Positions 1 through 14,200 of a stretch of DNA of 64,000 nt are shown piece by piece. A program made the translations under genes and the position numbers. The stretch is from NCBI RefSeq assembly GCF_009914755.1, contig NC_060944.1. One strand, given 5' to 3'. Under the pieces are notes generated by a model. That model saw only the letters and a program-made list of their open reading frames with translations, was not told the origin of the DNA and ran no database searches. Within the stretch, counting starts at the first letter, position 1, and every line of letters starts with the position of its first letter. Source of the DNA: the human T2T-CHM13v2.0 reference genome, Homo sapiens.

Positions 1-260
1 GTTCAACAAATGTTCATTTGTTGTTGTTCATGGTATAAGTATTGGAGACAACTTAAACCGTCATCAGTGAAAGAGTGGCTAAATAGACTATGCCATATCT
101 GTGATATTTAATCACATGCCGCTATTAAAGACAATGAGGGAGATCTCACCCTGATTACATGTATGGTTAAATGCATTGAAATTAAATTGTCAACATACCA
201 AATATACCAAAATATTGGCAATATTTATCTTCAGAAAGAAGAATAAAAATGAAGGTATAA
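1..260 (+). mobile_element. Old L1 (L1M-type) 3' region fragment
   Basis: Degenerate 'acaacttaaaccgtcatcagtgaaagagtggctaaatagactatg...gctattaaagacaatgagggagatct' resembles L1M 3' end. Confidence 0.55.
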
Positions 261-275
261 ATTAGGACTTGATGG

Positions 276-563
276 TTTTTTTTTTTTTTTGAGACGGAAT
301 CTCGCTCTGCCACCCAGGCTGGAGTGCAATCTCGGCTCACTACAACCTCTGCCTCCCAGGTTCAAGCGATTCTCCTGCCTGAGCCTCCTGAGTAGCTGGG
401 ATTACAGGCACCTGCCACCATGCCCGGCTAATTTTTTGTATTTTTAGTAAAGACAGGGTTTCACTATTTTGGCCAGGCTGGTCTCAAACTCCTGACCTTG
501 TGATCTGCCTGCCTTGGCTTCCCAAAGTGCTGGGATTACAGGCGTGAGCCACCGCACCCGGCC
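276..563 (-). mobile_element. Alu (AluS-type), full length
   Basis: Poly-T, then gagacggaatctcgctctg ... gtgagccaccgcacccggcc. Confidence 0.95.
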
Positions 564-838
564 AGTTTGTTTTTAATATATATGAGTGCCTGTAGTGTTT
601 GAACCTTATAAGAACAGTGTTTTTATTTATTATTGTGTAATTAAAAATCTATATTAACAGAACATAAGATCTGTAGTAGCAGAGTAACAGTATATTTGTG
701 TCTTGAAAATGAAAAGACAACATTTACATTCATGATTGATATGGCCGATCCCCCCCCATTATTCTTCTTAGCTGTTGACATCCATTCAAACTTTCTTTCA
801 TTTGATTGATGCAACTATTTTTTGACTCTCTCTTCTCA

Positions 839-1124
839 TTTTTGAGACAGAGTCTCACTCTTTCATCCAGGCTGGAGTGCAGTGGAGTGATCTCAGCTTA
901 CTACAACCTCTCCTCTCAGGTTCAAATGATTCTCCTACCTCAGCCTACTGAGTAGCTGGGACTACAGGTGCCCACCACCACACTCAGCTAATTTTTGGAT
1001 TTTTAGTGGAGGCCGGGTTTCACCTTCTTGGCCAGGCTGGTCTCGAACTCCTGACCTCAGGTGATCTACCTTCCTTGGCCTCCCAAAGTGCTGGGATTAC
1101 AGGCATGAGCCGCTGCACCCGGTC
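839..1124 (-). mobile_element. AluSx-like, full length, short tail
   Basis: Complete dimer with acctcaggtgatc; imperfect TSD tgactctc(t/c)ctt on both sides. Confidence 0.95.
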
Positions 1125-2093
1125 TGACTCTCCCTTTCATAAACCAGAGGATGACACCTCCTAATCTCTCCACCTTCCTCTTTTAGTCAGTGTTTCAAAT
1201 GGATTAAAAACAAGGGCTGCTTGCTAAGGACTACGCTGATCAAAAGAAATACAGACGTTGCTCTATGTGTCAAATAAAGCACCTGTTTGTTCACTTTCCA
1301 GGAAAAATTGCCATGTGGTTGATACTGTAGGAAACAGGAGACTGCTATATTTGTTGGAGTTGGATGCAGACCATTCTTACATTGCCAAGTGTAGGGGCAA
1401 AGGGGGTGTCTAGTCTCATGTTATTTTCAAACCTTAAAAGACATAGAGAGTGAGGCAGTTCTTCCAAATCATTTTACCAAAGTAAGTTCTCATTTGTTCT
1501 GCATTGACAACTTCACATGATTAAAAGAAAGGAAATTTCCCCAATATTCCACTTGTCACTTCTGATAGCCCGATTCTCTACACAGCTAACTCACAAGTTT
1601 ACCTGGGAAGCCAAGTTCTTTACTGACTTTGCAGCTTTGAATATTCCAGTAAAAGATGTAGGGTAGTACTGCAAATAGCCCTAAATCTGCTATTTAAACT
1701 TTGAAACATTTTATTCAAGACCTTGTTTTTCCTACTGAATTTCCCTTGAAGCTTAAACCCCATTCCCTGTAGTGCAAAATTTCCATTAACAACGAGAACC
1801 AACGGCTTAAATCACTGGATCTGAGTTACTTTCTTGTTCCTGAGCATGAAGAATGCTTTGAATACTGCTAAAGGGCACATGAATATTTTCAATATCCTTG
1901 GGTAACATTTGAAGAAATACTTGTACATAGGATACAGTAGTATCTCATGTAATTAAGATGCAGGTGAAGTGGCTTAATGAGGAAGTAGTTCAATTTGTAT
2001 TTGTGGGGAGTTTGTCTCAGACTGCCTGCCCAGATTTTTAGTAGAACTGAACTGGCAAATAGAAGCACAAAACAGATCTCCAATTTTAGTAGC

Positions 2094-2439
2094 TGATAGG
2101 GTTTGGCTGTGTCCCCACCCAAATCTCATCTTGAATTCCCACGTTTTATGGGAGGGACCTGGTGGGAATTGAATCATGGGGGCAGGTCTTTCCCATGCTG
2201 TACTTGTGATAGTAAATAAGTCTCACAAGATCTGATGGTTTTATATAGGGGAGTTTCCCTGCACAAGCTTCTCTTCTCTCCTCTTCTCTGCTGCCATGTG
2301 ACAAATGCCTTTTACCTTCTGCCATGATTGTGAGGCCTCCCCAGCCACGTGGAAATGAGAGAGCATTAAACCTTTTTCTTTTGTAAATTGCTGAGTCTCA
2401 GATATATCTTTATCAGCCACGTGAAAACAGACTAATACA
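2094..2439 (+). mobile_element. THE1-family solo LTR (ERVL-MaLR)
   Basis: tgatagggtttggctgtgtccccacccaaatctcatcttgaatt ... gactaataca; degraded 5-bp TSD gtagc/gtact. Confidence 0.92.
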
Positions 2440-3215
2440 GTACTTATATTAAAATGTCCATGTGTCACACTTTTGACAGTTGGCTGCAGTCAATGTCAGC
2501 TGGAAGGTGCACACACACACATATGCACATGCACACTCACACCATACATTTATAGATACATAATTTTAACCCTACATGATTTTTCCTCATAAAACCTTGC
2601 AGAAAGTGGTCACTTATATTTAGCATTTTTTAAGTTATAAAAGTGATTCATGTTCAGCAAAGAAAATTTATAAAAATCAGAAAAATACAAATGAGGAAAT
2701 TCAAAATCATGGATTATCTTACTATCCAGAGATAACTACAATTTAATAAATGCAGAGATCAAAAGCAAGATATAAAACTATATATAATGATTTCAATTAA
2801 GTAATATGCGTCTTGCTTTTCTTATCTTGAAAGTTATAGCATTAACATTTCTCTATGTAATTTAAAAATTTAGAAAACCAACCTGTCAGTTAAGGGCTGA
2901 AAGGTGCTTTATTGTAATTCTATGGTTTTATTAAACAAATCATTTTCTTATCACCAGGTATTTAAGTTGTTGCCAATTTTTTTCTACATTGTACACAATC
3001 CTATGATTAACATATTTTCTGTCAATCTTCACTGCACCTCTGATAATTTTATTACTGTATGTCCTTAGAAAAAAGATTATTGGGTCAGAGAATATGCCAT
3101 GTTTTTATATTTTTAAAAATACGTGTTTTCAGGAGTCTTTGAAAACTGGCATGTAGCAGGTGCTCAGAAAATATTTGTTAAATGGGTATGCATATTTTAA
3201 AGCTCCGATTCATAG

Positions 3216-3895
<680 letters not shown>

Positions 3896-4401
3896 ATATC
3901 TCTCTCTATATATTCTTTATTAATCCTTGGTCTATACTTTTTTGTAATATTTTCCCAAGTTGTCATTTGCTTTTAATTTCTTTTAATTTTAGTTTTGAAA
4001 TGAATAGAATTAAAATTTTAAAATTTAAACAAATCTAGCAGATTTTTAAAAATCTCTTGCTTTGCTTTTGGACTAAAAAAGACAGCTCTTACCCAAAAAT
4101 TGATGAAATGTTTTCCTCTAGAATAATTAGTGGTTTATTTTATTTTATCCATCTGGAATCTAATTTGTGTAAGGTATGGCATGATATTTTCTTTTCCAAG
4201 CAACCAACTTCTAAACACCAGTTTTGAATCATCTATCTTTTTCTGTTGTTTTGATGATGATTTCTTTATTGTGCACCAGATTCTTACACATTTTAGGACC
4301 CGTTTTAGGGCTTGAACTTTGCTGCCATGGGTCTCAAATAGGTGTCACACTTCTTAATTTTTAAAATATTTACAATACCAAGTAGAAAATTTTCATTATA
4401 C

Positions 4402-4490
4402 TTTTTTTTTTTTTGAAATGGGGTTTTGGTATGTTTTCCAGGCTAGCCTTAAATTCCTGGGCTTAAGCAATCCTCCTGCCTCAGCTTCAG
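4402..4490 (-). mobile_element. 5'-truncated Alu left monomer (FLAM-like)
   Basis: Poly-T followed by left-arm sequence; flanked by gaaaattttcattatac / gaatatttcattatac. Confidence 0.8.
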
Positions 4491-4838
4491 GAATATTTCA
4501 TTATACATTTTTTAGAAATGAGCAGGTATTTTATCCTAGTGTGTGGATGAAGAGTTGCACAGTGCAAAGTGAACAGATGACTCAAACAACTACACCCCAG
4601 GTCTGTTGTCAAGTGACTAGGTGGCCCCTGAGAAGCCTCGAAATCCCTGTGGCCCCAGTTTTCTCATTTATTAAATGCACATAATTATACTGACCTTCTG
4701 GTTGGTGGACTTAATTTAGGTTATGTTAGAGAGTCCAGCATAGGGCATTCTTAGCTTTAAGTGCCCAGTAAATATTTGCTGTTAACATTAATGTTTTAAT
4801 TGTCATTTCTTTATCTATGTAATTGAGGAATTTGGCAT

Positions 4839-5276
4839 TATATTAATCAGTATTAATCAGGGTTCTCCAGAGAAACAGAACCAATAGGATCAATAGGATG
4901 TCTAAATAGACATAGTGAGAGAAAAAGATATTTCGTTTAAGGAATTGGCTCGTGACACTGTGGTGGCTGACATGTCCAAAATGTACAGAGAAGTTCAGTA
5001 GGCTGGAAACTCAGGGAAGAGTTGAGGTTGCAGCTCAAATTTAAGGCAGTCTGAAAGCAGAATTCCTTTCTGCTCAGGAGAACTCAATGTTTTGTTTTAA
5101 AGCCTTCACCTGATTGGATGAGGCCCACCCACATCATGAAGGGTACTCTGCTTAAAACTCTACTGATTTGTTAATGACTTCTAAAGAATACCTTCACAGA
5201 AACATCAAGACTGCTCTTTCAGCAAAAACTGAGTACCATGGCCTACCCAAGTTGACACATGAAATTAACCATCACA
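4839..5276 (-). mobile_element. MLT2-family solo LTR (ERVL)
   Basis: cagggttctccagagaaacagaaccaatagg ... caagttgacacatgaaattaaccatcaca; perfect TSD ggcat (4834-4838, 5277-5281). Confidence 0.9.
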
Positions 5277-5939
5277 GGCATATTGCCTTTTAGGTAAGTT
5301 TAGCTTTAAAATTCAGTGGTTCCATGAATTTTAAAGTACTACTTGTATATTAGGTATATTCATAATCTTAAATTCTTTCTTTCATTTGATCTCTTTGTTT
5401 CAGTACCTTCTCACTACAGTTCCTTCTTTATCCTACACTTTTGGGATTATCCAATTTTATTTTGCAAAGGCAACATCTCATTTGAATTCTGACTTCTTTT
5501 CTCCCAACAGTGTTTTGTATCTGAAGGTGTCTAACATTTCTGTATGAAAAGCTTTGTATAACAAGCATAATTTGGGGGACAGATTTGAGTTGCTTTGCAA
5601 GAAACACTTCTTCCTTAGCTTTCTCAGGACAAACTCCGATATTAGGAGGGGTCTCCCTCTGAGGGAAATGTGTCAAGTGGCATGTTCATTGCACTATATA
5701 AGGCTGCCTTCCTGACAGTTCAGAATGCTTGAGAGTGGAATAGGATGTGGCAACTTGCCTCCTGTTTATCAAAGTAAACTAAATACTTTCCTGAATTCTT
5801 GAGACCCTCTTCCCAGGACATCCTGTACACAATAATATTCCACTCTTCTCAATTCAAATCAATTAAACTGACTTAAGGCTCGCTATTCACAGCTTCCTAC
5901 ATCGAATTCAAGATGTAATAGTGAATGCTAAAAGTCCTG

Positions 5940-6150
5940 CTTTCCAAAAGTGTAGGGGAAGAGACAGGCAGCCACATGAACAACTTAAATAATATCGCAT
6001 TTAGAAACTCTGATAGAAAAATTAATGCAATGCTAGGGGAGTAGGGAGGATGGAGGATTCCTTGCAATTATTGGGGCAAGAATTAGAAAATAATTCATGA
6101 AAGAGGTGATGTTTCAGCCAGGTGATGAACTGAGAGGACATGACATGTTA
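5940..6150 (-). mobile_element. L2 fragment
   Basis: Degenerate 'ttcatgaaagaggtgatgtttcagccagg' motif typical of antisense L2. Confidence 0.45.
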
Positions 6151-9100
6151 AGAGAATATGAAGAAGATTAGAGAAGCTCTACAGTGGTATTTAAGTCTTT
6201 AATTCATTTTGAGTTGATTTTTGTGTATGGTGAGAGATAGGAGCTCAATTTCATTCTTCTGCAAATGGCAATTCAATTTTCCCAAGCACCATTTATTGAA
6301 GGGGGTGTTCTTTCCCCAATGTAACTTCTTGTCAGCTTTGTCAAATATCAGTTGGCTGTAAATATGTGGATTTATTTATAGTTCTCTATTCTGTTCATTG
6401 GTCTATATATCTATTTTTATTCCAATACCATGCTGTTTTGGTTACTCAGGTTACTTGTTAAATATTTTGAAGTCAGATTATGTGATGCCACAAACTTTGT
6501 TCTTTTTTGCTCAGGATTGCTTTGGTTATTCAGGCTGTTTTTGGTTCCATATAAATTTTAGTAGTTTTTAAAAAAATTCTATAAGGAATTTGATAGCGAT
6601 TTCCTTGACTCTCTAGATTGCTTAGGTAGTGTGGTCATTTTAATGATATTGATTCTTCTGAACCTTGAGCATAGAATGTTTTTCCATTTGTTTGTGTCCT
6701 CTTCAACTTCTTTCATCAGCGTTCTGTAGTTTTTGCTGTAGAGATCTTTCATTTCCTTAGTTAAATTTATTCCTACGTATTTTATATTTTTGTAGCTGTT
6801 GTAAATGGGATTGCCTTCTTGATTTCTTTGTTGGCTAGATCATTATTGGTGTATAGAAATGCTACTGAGTTTTGTAAATTGATTTTTTATCCTGAAACTT
6901 TACTGAATTTATTTATCAAATCTAAGAGTGTTTTGGTGGAGTCTTTCGGGTTTTCCAGGTATAAGACTACATCATCACCAAAGAGGGACAATTTGTCTTC
7001 CTCTTTTCTAATTTGGATGTATTTTATTTCTCTCTCTTAACTGTGCTTTGGCGGGGACTTCCAGTACTATGATAAATAGGAGTGGAGTAAGTAGGCATTC
7101 TCGTCTTGTTTCAGTTCTTAGAGAAAGGGCTTTCAACTTCATCCCATTTAGTATAATATTAGTTGTGGATTCGTTGTATATGGCCTTTATTATTTTGAGA
7201 TATGTTTCTCGTATGCCCAGTTTTTTGAGGGTTTTTTTTGTCATGAAGAGATATTGAATTTTATCAAATGCTTTTTCTGTGTCTATTGTGATGATTTTTG
7301 TCCTTCATTCTGTCTATGTGATGTGTCATGTTTATTGATTTGCATATGTTGAGCTATCCTTGCATCCCTGGTATAAATCCCACTTTATCATGGTATATTA
7401 TCTTTTTGATGTGCTGTTGCATTTACTTTGCTAGCGTTTGGGCAGAATTTTACATCTGTGTTCATAAAGAATATTAGCCTGTAGTTTTTCTTTCTTTTTT
7501 TTTTTATTTTTTCCTTGTCTGGTTTTGGTATTAGGGTGATGCTGGCCTCATAGAATGAGTTAGGGAAAATTCTCTTCTCCTTTATTTTTTCAAATAGTTT
7601 CAAGAAGGTTGGTATTAGTTCTTCTTTGTATATTTGGTAGAATTCAGCTGAGAATCCATCTGGTCCTGGGCATTTCTTTCTTGGGAGACATTTTATTACT
7701 GATTCAGTCTCACCACTCATTATTCATCTGTTGAAGTTTTCTAGTTTTTTATGATTCAATCTTGATATGTTTTCTGTTTCCAGAAATTGATTCATTTCCT
7801 CTAAGTTTTCCAGTTGTTAGCATATAGGTGTTCATAATAGTCAGATGATTTTTTGCATTTCTGTGGTATCAGTTGTAGTGTTCTCCTTTTTAATTTCTGA
7901 TTTTATTTGGGATTTCTTCTTTTCTTGGTTACTCCAGCTAGTGATTTACCAATTTTATTATCTTTTTGATGAGCCAACTTTTCACTTTTTAAAATCCTTT
8001 GTATTGTTTTTGTAGTCTCTATTTCACATGGTTCTCCTCTGATCTTTATTATCTCTTTTCTTCTGCTAATTTGGGGCTTGGTTTGTTCTTGCTCTTCTAG
8101 TTTCTTGAGGTGCATTGTTAGATTACTAATTTGTAATCTTTCTACTTTTTTTGATGTAGGTTTTCATTGCTCTAGCTTCCTTCTTTGTATTGTTTTTACT
8201 GTATTCCACAGGTTTTGTTACATTGTGTTTCCATTTTCATGTTTCAAGACATTATTCCATTTTAATTTCTTCATTTACCCAGTAAACATTCGGAAGCATT
8301 CTGTTTAATTTCTGTGTATTTGTATAGTTTACAAAGTTCCTCTTGTTATTGATGTCTAGCTTTATTCCACTGTGGAAAATTCTTGATACGATTTTAATTT
8401 TTAAAAATTTAAGACTTGTTTTGTGGCCTAACATATGGTCTATACTGGAGAACATTCCATGTGCTTATACAAATAATGTATGTTCTGCAGTTGTTGGATA
8501 GAATTTTCTGTAAATGTCTGTTAGTGCCATGAGTTCTAAAATCCAGTTTAATTCCAAAGTCCCCCTCTATTATTATATTGCAGTTTAACTCTCTAGATCT
8601 AGTTTAACTCTTCTCTTTATAAATCTGTGTGATTCAGTGTTGGGTGCATATGTATTCAGAATTGTTATTTTTTTGGCTGGTTTGATATTTTTATCATTAT
8701 ATAATCTTCATTGTCTTTTTTTTGACTAAAAGTATCTTTCATCTGATATAACTGCTCTTGCTCACTTTTGGTTTCTGTTCATATGTAATATCTCTTTCCA
8801 CCTCTTTACCTTGCATCTGTATGTGTCTTTATATGTAAGGTGAGTATCTTGTGAGAGCATATAATTGAATTATGTTTTTTAACCCATATGCCAGTCTATA
8901 TATTTTAAGTGAATAATTTAATCCATTTATGTTCAAGGCTATTGATATGTGAAGCTTTATTCTTGTCATATTGTTTACTGTTTTCTGGTTGTTTTACATA
9001 TTCTTTATTCCTTTCTTTTTCTCATATTGTTTATAATTGTGATCTGGTGGATTTCTGTAGTGGTACCACTTGAGTCCTTTCTCTTTCTTCTTTTTGTGAT

Positions 9101-9996
9101 CATTTTACCAGTGAATTTATACTTGTGTATTTTTTTTATGATGGTAAATGTTATCCTTTCACTTCCAGGTTTAGGACTCCCTTGAGCATTTCTCATATTG
9201 CTGGTCTAGTGGTGATGAATTCCCTCAGCAATTGCTTTTCTGGAAAAGACTTGATTTCTTCTTTATTTATGAATGTTATGAATAATAATTTTGCTGGATA
9301 TATAGTATTCTTCATTGATAGTTTATATCTTTCAGCACTTTGAATATATCATCCCATTAGCTTCTGGTCTGTAAAGTTTCTCCTAAGAAATTCACTGTTA
9401 GTCTGATGAGGTTTCCTTTACACATAACTAGGCACTTCTCTCTTGCTGTTTCAATAATTTGCTCTTTATCTTCGATTTTAGATTATCTGATTCTAATGTG
9501 CCATGGAGAAGACCTTTTTACATACTCTCACTGGGGACCATTGAGCCTTCTGTATCTGGATGCTTAAATCTCTTTCTAGAGTTGGGAAGTTTTTACCTAT
9601 TATTTTGTTGAATAAATTTTCTAATCTTTTCATTTTTACTTCACCCTCTGGGATACTGATAATTCAAATATTTGATCATTTATGTTGTCACAAATGTCAC
9701 AACGGGTTTGCTCATCCTTTTTTAAAAAAATTTTTGTGTGATTGAGTTATTTCAAAGAACTGTCAAGTTCTGAGATTATTTATTCTGCCTGATGTGATCT
9801 ATTTATGAAGGTTGCACAAGTATTTTGTGTTTCCTTCAATGAATTACCTAATTCCAAAATTTCTATTTTGTTATTTTTAAAAATATCTCTCTGGCAATTT
9901 TCTGATTCATAACCTGACTTATTTTTTTAAAATTTCTTTATATTGTGGTTCAGAATTATTTTGTATCTCACTGAGCTTCTTTAAAATCAATATTTT

Positions 9997-10218
9997 AACC
10001 TAGGCAACATGGCAAAACCCTGTCTCTACAAAAATAACAAAAATTGGCTGACCATGGTGGTACATGCCTTTAGTCCCAGCTACTTGGGAGGTTGCAGTGG
10101 GAAAATCACTTGAGCCCAGGAGGTCGAGGCTGCAGCAAGCAGAGATTGTATCACTGCACTCCATCCTGGGTGACAGAGTGAGACCCTGTCTCAAAAAATT
10201 TTTTAAATTAAAAATAAT
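9997..10218 (+). mobile_element. 5'-truncated AluJ inserted in L1
   Basis: gagcccaggaggtcgaggctgcag; 14-bp TSD aaaatcaatatttt (9983-9996, 10219-10232). Confidence 0.92.
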
Positions 10219-10469
10219 AAAATCAATATTTTGAATTCTTTATCTGGAATTCCAAAGATTATTTTTTTAAATTTCTCTTCACAGATGTTGAAGAGATTTC
10301 TTTTTTAAGATCTTTTGCTTGAGAATTATTGTGTTTCTTTGGAGTTATCATATTTCCTTGTTTTTCATGTTTCCTATATCCTTATAGTAATATTTGTGCA
10401 TCTGATATAACAGTCACTTTTTTTCTATTTTTGAATTTACTTTTCACGTAGGGGAGGACGTTTTCCAGA

Positions 10470-10781
<312 letters not shown>

Positions 10782-12364
10782 TGAAAATGTATCTGTGGTG
10801 TTGGTTGGGTAGGGCAATTTGGCTTCAATTCTGGGTGCATGCAGTAGTGTAGTCTCTGTATGGTTTCTTTGCCTATAAACAGTATTAGTGCTTTCTCTGA
10901 TTTCCTCAGAGGGTTAGTGTGTGGTTATTAGTGGAAGCTGTGGTGAAGTTGTGCTACAGACTGGGAAGACAGGTGGGCCAGTCTTCAGGTCCCAGTCATG
11001 TTAGTAGTGAACTGAGCATGTCTGTCTTTGTGCCCTAGGGCAGTGTATGCTGGTATCCATGTTAGTGTTTATTGGCAGGCCAATTATTGGGCCTCCAAGT
11101 GGCTTGCTTGGATGCTGGTAGAAGCAGCAATAGATCAGAATGGTGATCAGGATCTCAGGTCCCTGAGCAGTTGGTGTGGTGTGGGAAACAGCAACAGCAG
11201 TGGTGGGACATCCCTTTGGGTTCTGAGTGGTGCAAGCTAGTGGTGGTGATGATCATTGTGCAAGGTCACCTCCAACAAACCCAGATCTGCTGCTCTGAGG
11301 CCCTCTCTGCAGCAGTAGCACCCAAGTACCGCAGATGATGGGGGAAGGGCCCCTGCTTCTAGTGTGATCTTGGGCATGGAAATTACACTGCCAGCACAGT
11401 CGTAGTTGCCACTCCCTGCCCCAGACAGGTAGCCCTCTGGCTCACTGGCTCCAGTCTCTGTCAGCAGCAGGAATAGGTATGCAAAGAGGGAGGAAGGGTT
11501 CTGTTCTCTACATGAGAGCTCCAGCACAGAGGCCACTCTGCCAGTGGGAGGGGATTTCACTCTTGGCTTGCAGAGCTGAGCACAGAGATTGAGCCACTGC
11601 TTGGGGGCAGAGTCAGAGCCCTAGGGTCATGGGCTCTGGAAAGTACACACTTTGCTTTCCTTTGTCCTGGAGTCGGGGAGGGGATGCCTTCTGGTGCACT
11701 GCACACCCTATTCCCCAAGATGTAGTACTTCCTATGAGCTAAAGTACTGGGGACTCTGCAGCACCTTTGGGACCAGCCAATGCTGTTCTGCCAAAGCCCT
11801 CTGTGTGGACACTGGGGAATGTCATCAGGAGCTCCTGAGATGTGGAGATATGAGGGCTGTTGTTCCCAGCGCAGGATGCAGTACCATGACGCTGTGCTAC
11901 CAAAAGGCTCTGTACAGCAGCTGTTCAGGTCTTGGAGAGGTAAGTGACCCAGCGTGAGTTCCCTGCCTAGTGCAATGCCCTCATGGGGTCTCCAAATCAC
12001 TCCTCACACTAGTATCAGGGTTTGTATGGGTAGAGAGCTCTCTAGTGGTTTGGATTGCAGCAGGCCACAGCAGGAAGGTGGAACACTGAAGCTTTTTCAT
12101 TTATCTTTTCCCCATAATACTGAGTCCCTTGGGGCACCCACCAGTCTTGGCTAAGCTGGCTGCTTGCTCCCTTTTCCTTCTGTGCCTCAGATGTTTCCCA
12201 TCAGTTCTCCATTGGACTCTAGTGTTCTCTCTAAGGTGTTCTGTTCAAAGAATGAATGTCTATTCATAATTTTGCTTCATTTTTTCTGGAGAGAGTGGGT
12301 GTCTGATATCTTTAGGCAGCCATCTTGAACAAGGATCTATATACAGTGTTTCTGAGTTTATCTT

Positions 12365-12400
<36 letters not shown>
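12365..12400. repeat. (TG)n(TA)n microsatellite
   Basis: Seen directly. Confidence 0.9.
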
Positions 12401-12401
<1 letters not shown>

Positions 12402-12845
12402 TTTTTAGTGGTTGCTCTAGGTATTATATTATACATACCTATTTCTCACATTCTACTGGTGTTATCATTGTATCAGTTCTAGTGAAGTATACAAACCTTA
12501 CCACTTTTTATATTATTTTGCCTTTTCCCAATTTATAATATAATCATTGAAATATTTCCTTTACCTACATTTAGGACTACACTAGACAGTTTTATAATTT
12601 TTGCTTCAACTGTCCACTATAATTTAGAGGTTACAAGAGATAAAAACTCTTGTATTTACTAATATTTTTGCTTACCATGTTATTTCTTCTATTATTGTTT
12701 TATTTCCATTTGAAAACATTATTGAGCCATTCTTTCAAGATAGGCTTGCTTCTGACAAATTATCTTAGTTTTCTTTATTTGAGACTGTCTTGATTTGTCC
12801 TTCATTTCCAAAGGAAATATAGGAAATACATATACATATATAAAA

Positions 12846-13185
<340 letters not shown>

Positions 13186-13682
13186 TAAGCACTTAAAAAA
13201 TGTATTACTTTTGGCCTTTACGGTTTCGAATAAGAAATATGCTGTCAATCAAATTGTTTTTCCCTTATAGATAAGTTTTCCTTTTTCTCCCACTGCTTTC
13301 AGAAGTCTATGATGTTTCTTGATGTGGACTTCTTTGAATTTATCTATTTGAGTTTCACCTGTCCTCTTGTCTTTTTCTAATTATGGAAAGTTTTCAGACA
13401 TTTGTTTCTTCAGGTACTTTTTCAGGCCTGCTTTCTTTCTTTTATCCTTCTGGAACTCTGATGACATGAATGTTATATCATTTTTATAGTTTCACAAATC
13501 CCTGTGGATATGTCAAAACATTTTAGTCTGTTTTCTTTCTGTTGTTTATAAGAGTAATTTATATTATTCTATCTTTCAACTTACTTGTTCTTTTCTCTGG
13601 CTCCTACAATCTGCCATTGAGCCAAGCCATTGGGTTTTCTTTTGATTTCAGTTATTCTATCTTTTAGTGTTAAAATATCAAC

Positions 13683-13770
13683 TTGGTTATTCTTTGTATC
13701 TTCTGTTTCTTTGCTGAGAATTTATATTGGTTATTCTTTGTATCTTCTGTTTCTTTGCTGAGAATTTATA
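13683..13770. repeat. Perfect 44-bp tandem duplication
   Basis: ttggttattctttgtatcttctgtttctttgctgagaatttata x2. Confidence 0.97.
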
Positions 13771-13929
13771 TTTTTTCATTTGTTTCAAGTCTGTGCGTAA
13801 TTGCTCTTCAAAGTATTTTTATGTTGGTTTCTTTAAAATCTTTGTCAAATAAGCCTAACATGCCTGTCAAATCCATATCGGCATACAGTGATTACTTTTT
13901 TTATTCAATAGAATGCTCTAGGAAGAAAA

Positions 13930-14200
13930 TGCTCAAGGTGTGACCATTAGCTAATGAGGAAAGGAGTCACTGGAAAAATATCGCTGTTTCCTCTTCCTCA
14001 GCTGTGCTTCATGTAGACTCTCAGAACGTCTCCAATGAGACTGACTCTCATTACTCATAGTGGTAAACTGCTAATTATTTTTCTTTTAATTAACTGTTCT
14101 CCTTTCCTTGTCTCAGTTTCACAGTTTCTTACCATGCTTCCAGTGATCACCTCTCAAATAAACAATGTATCTTAAAGTCTATGTCTTAGATCTGCTTTTA
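13930..14200 (+). mobile_element. LTR16-like ERVL LTR 3' fragment
   Basis: gatcacctctcaaataaac...tgtcttagatctgcttt resembles the LTR16 end. Confidence 0.55.

Noticed and set aside
11028-12154. Cluster of 66-147-aa ORFs
   Set aside because: GC-richer 5' UTR of the old L1; no protein similarity recognised.
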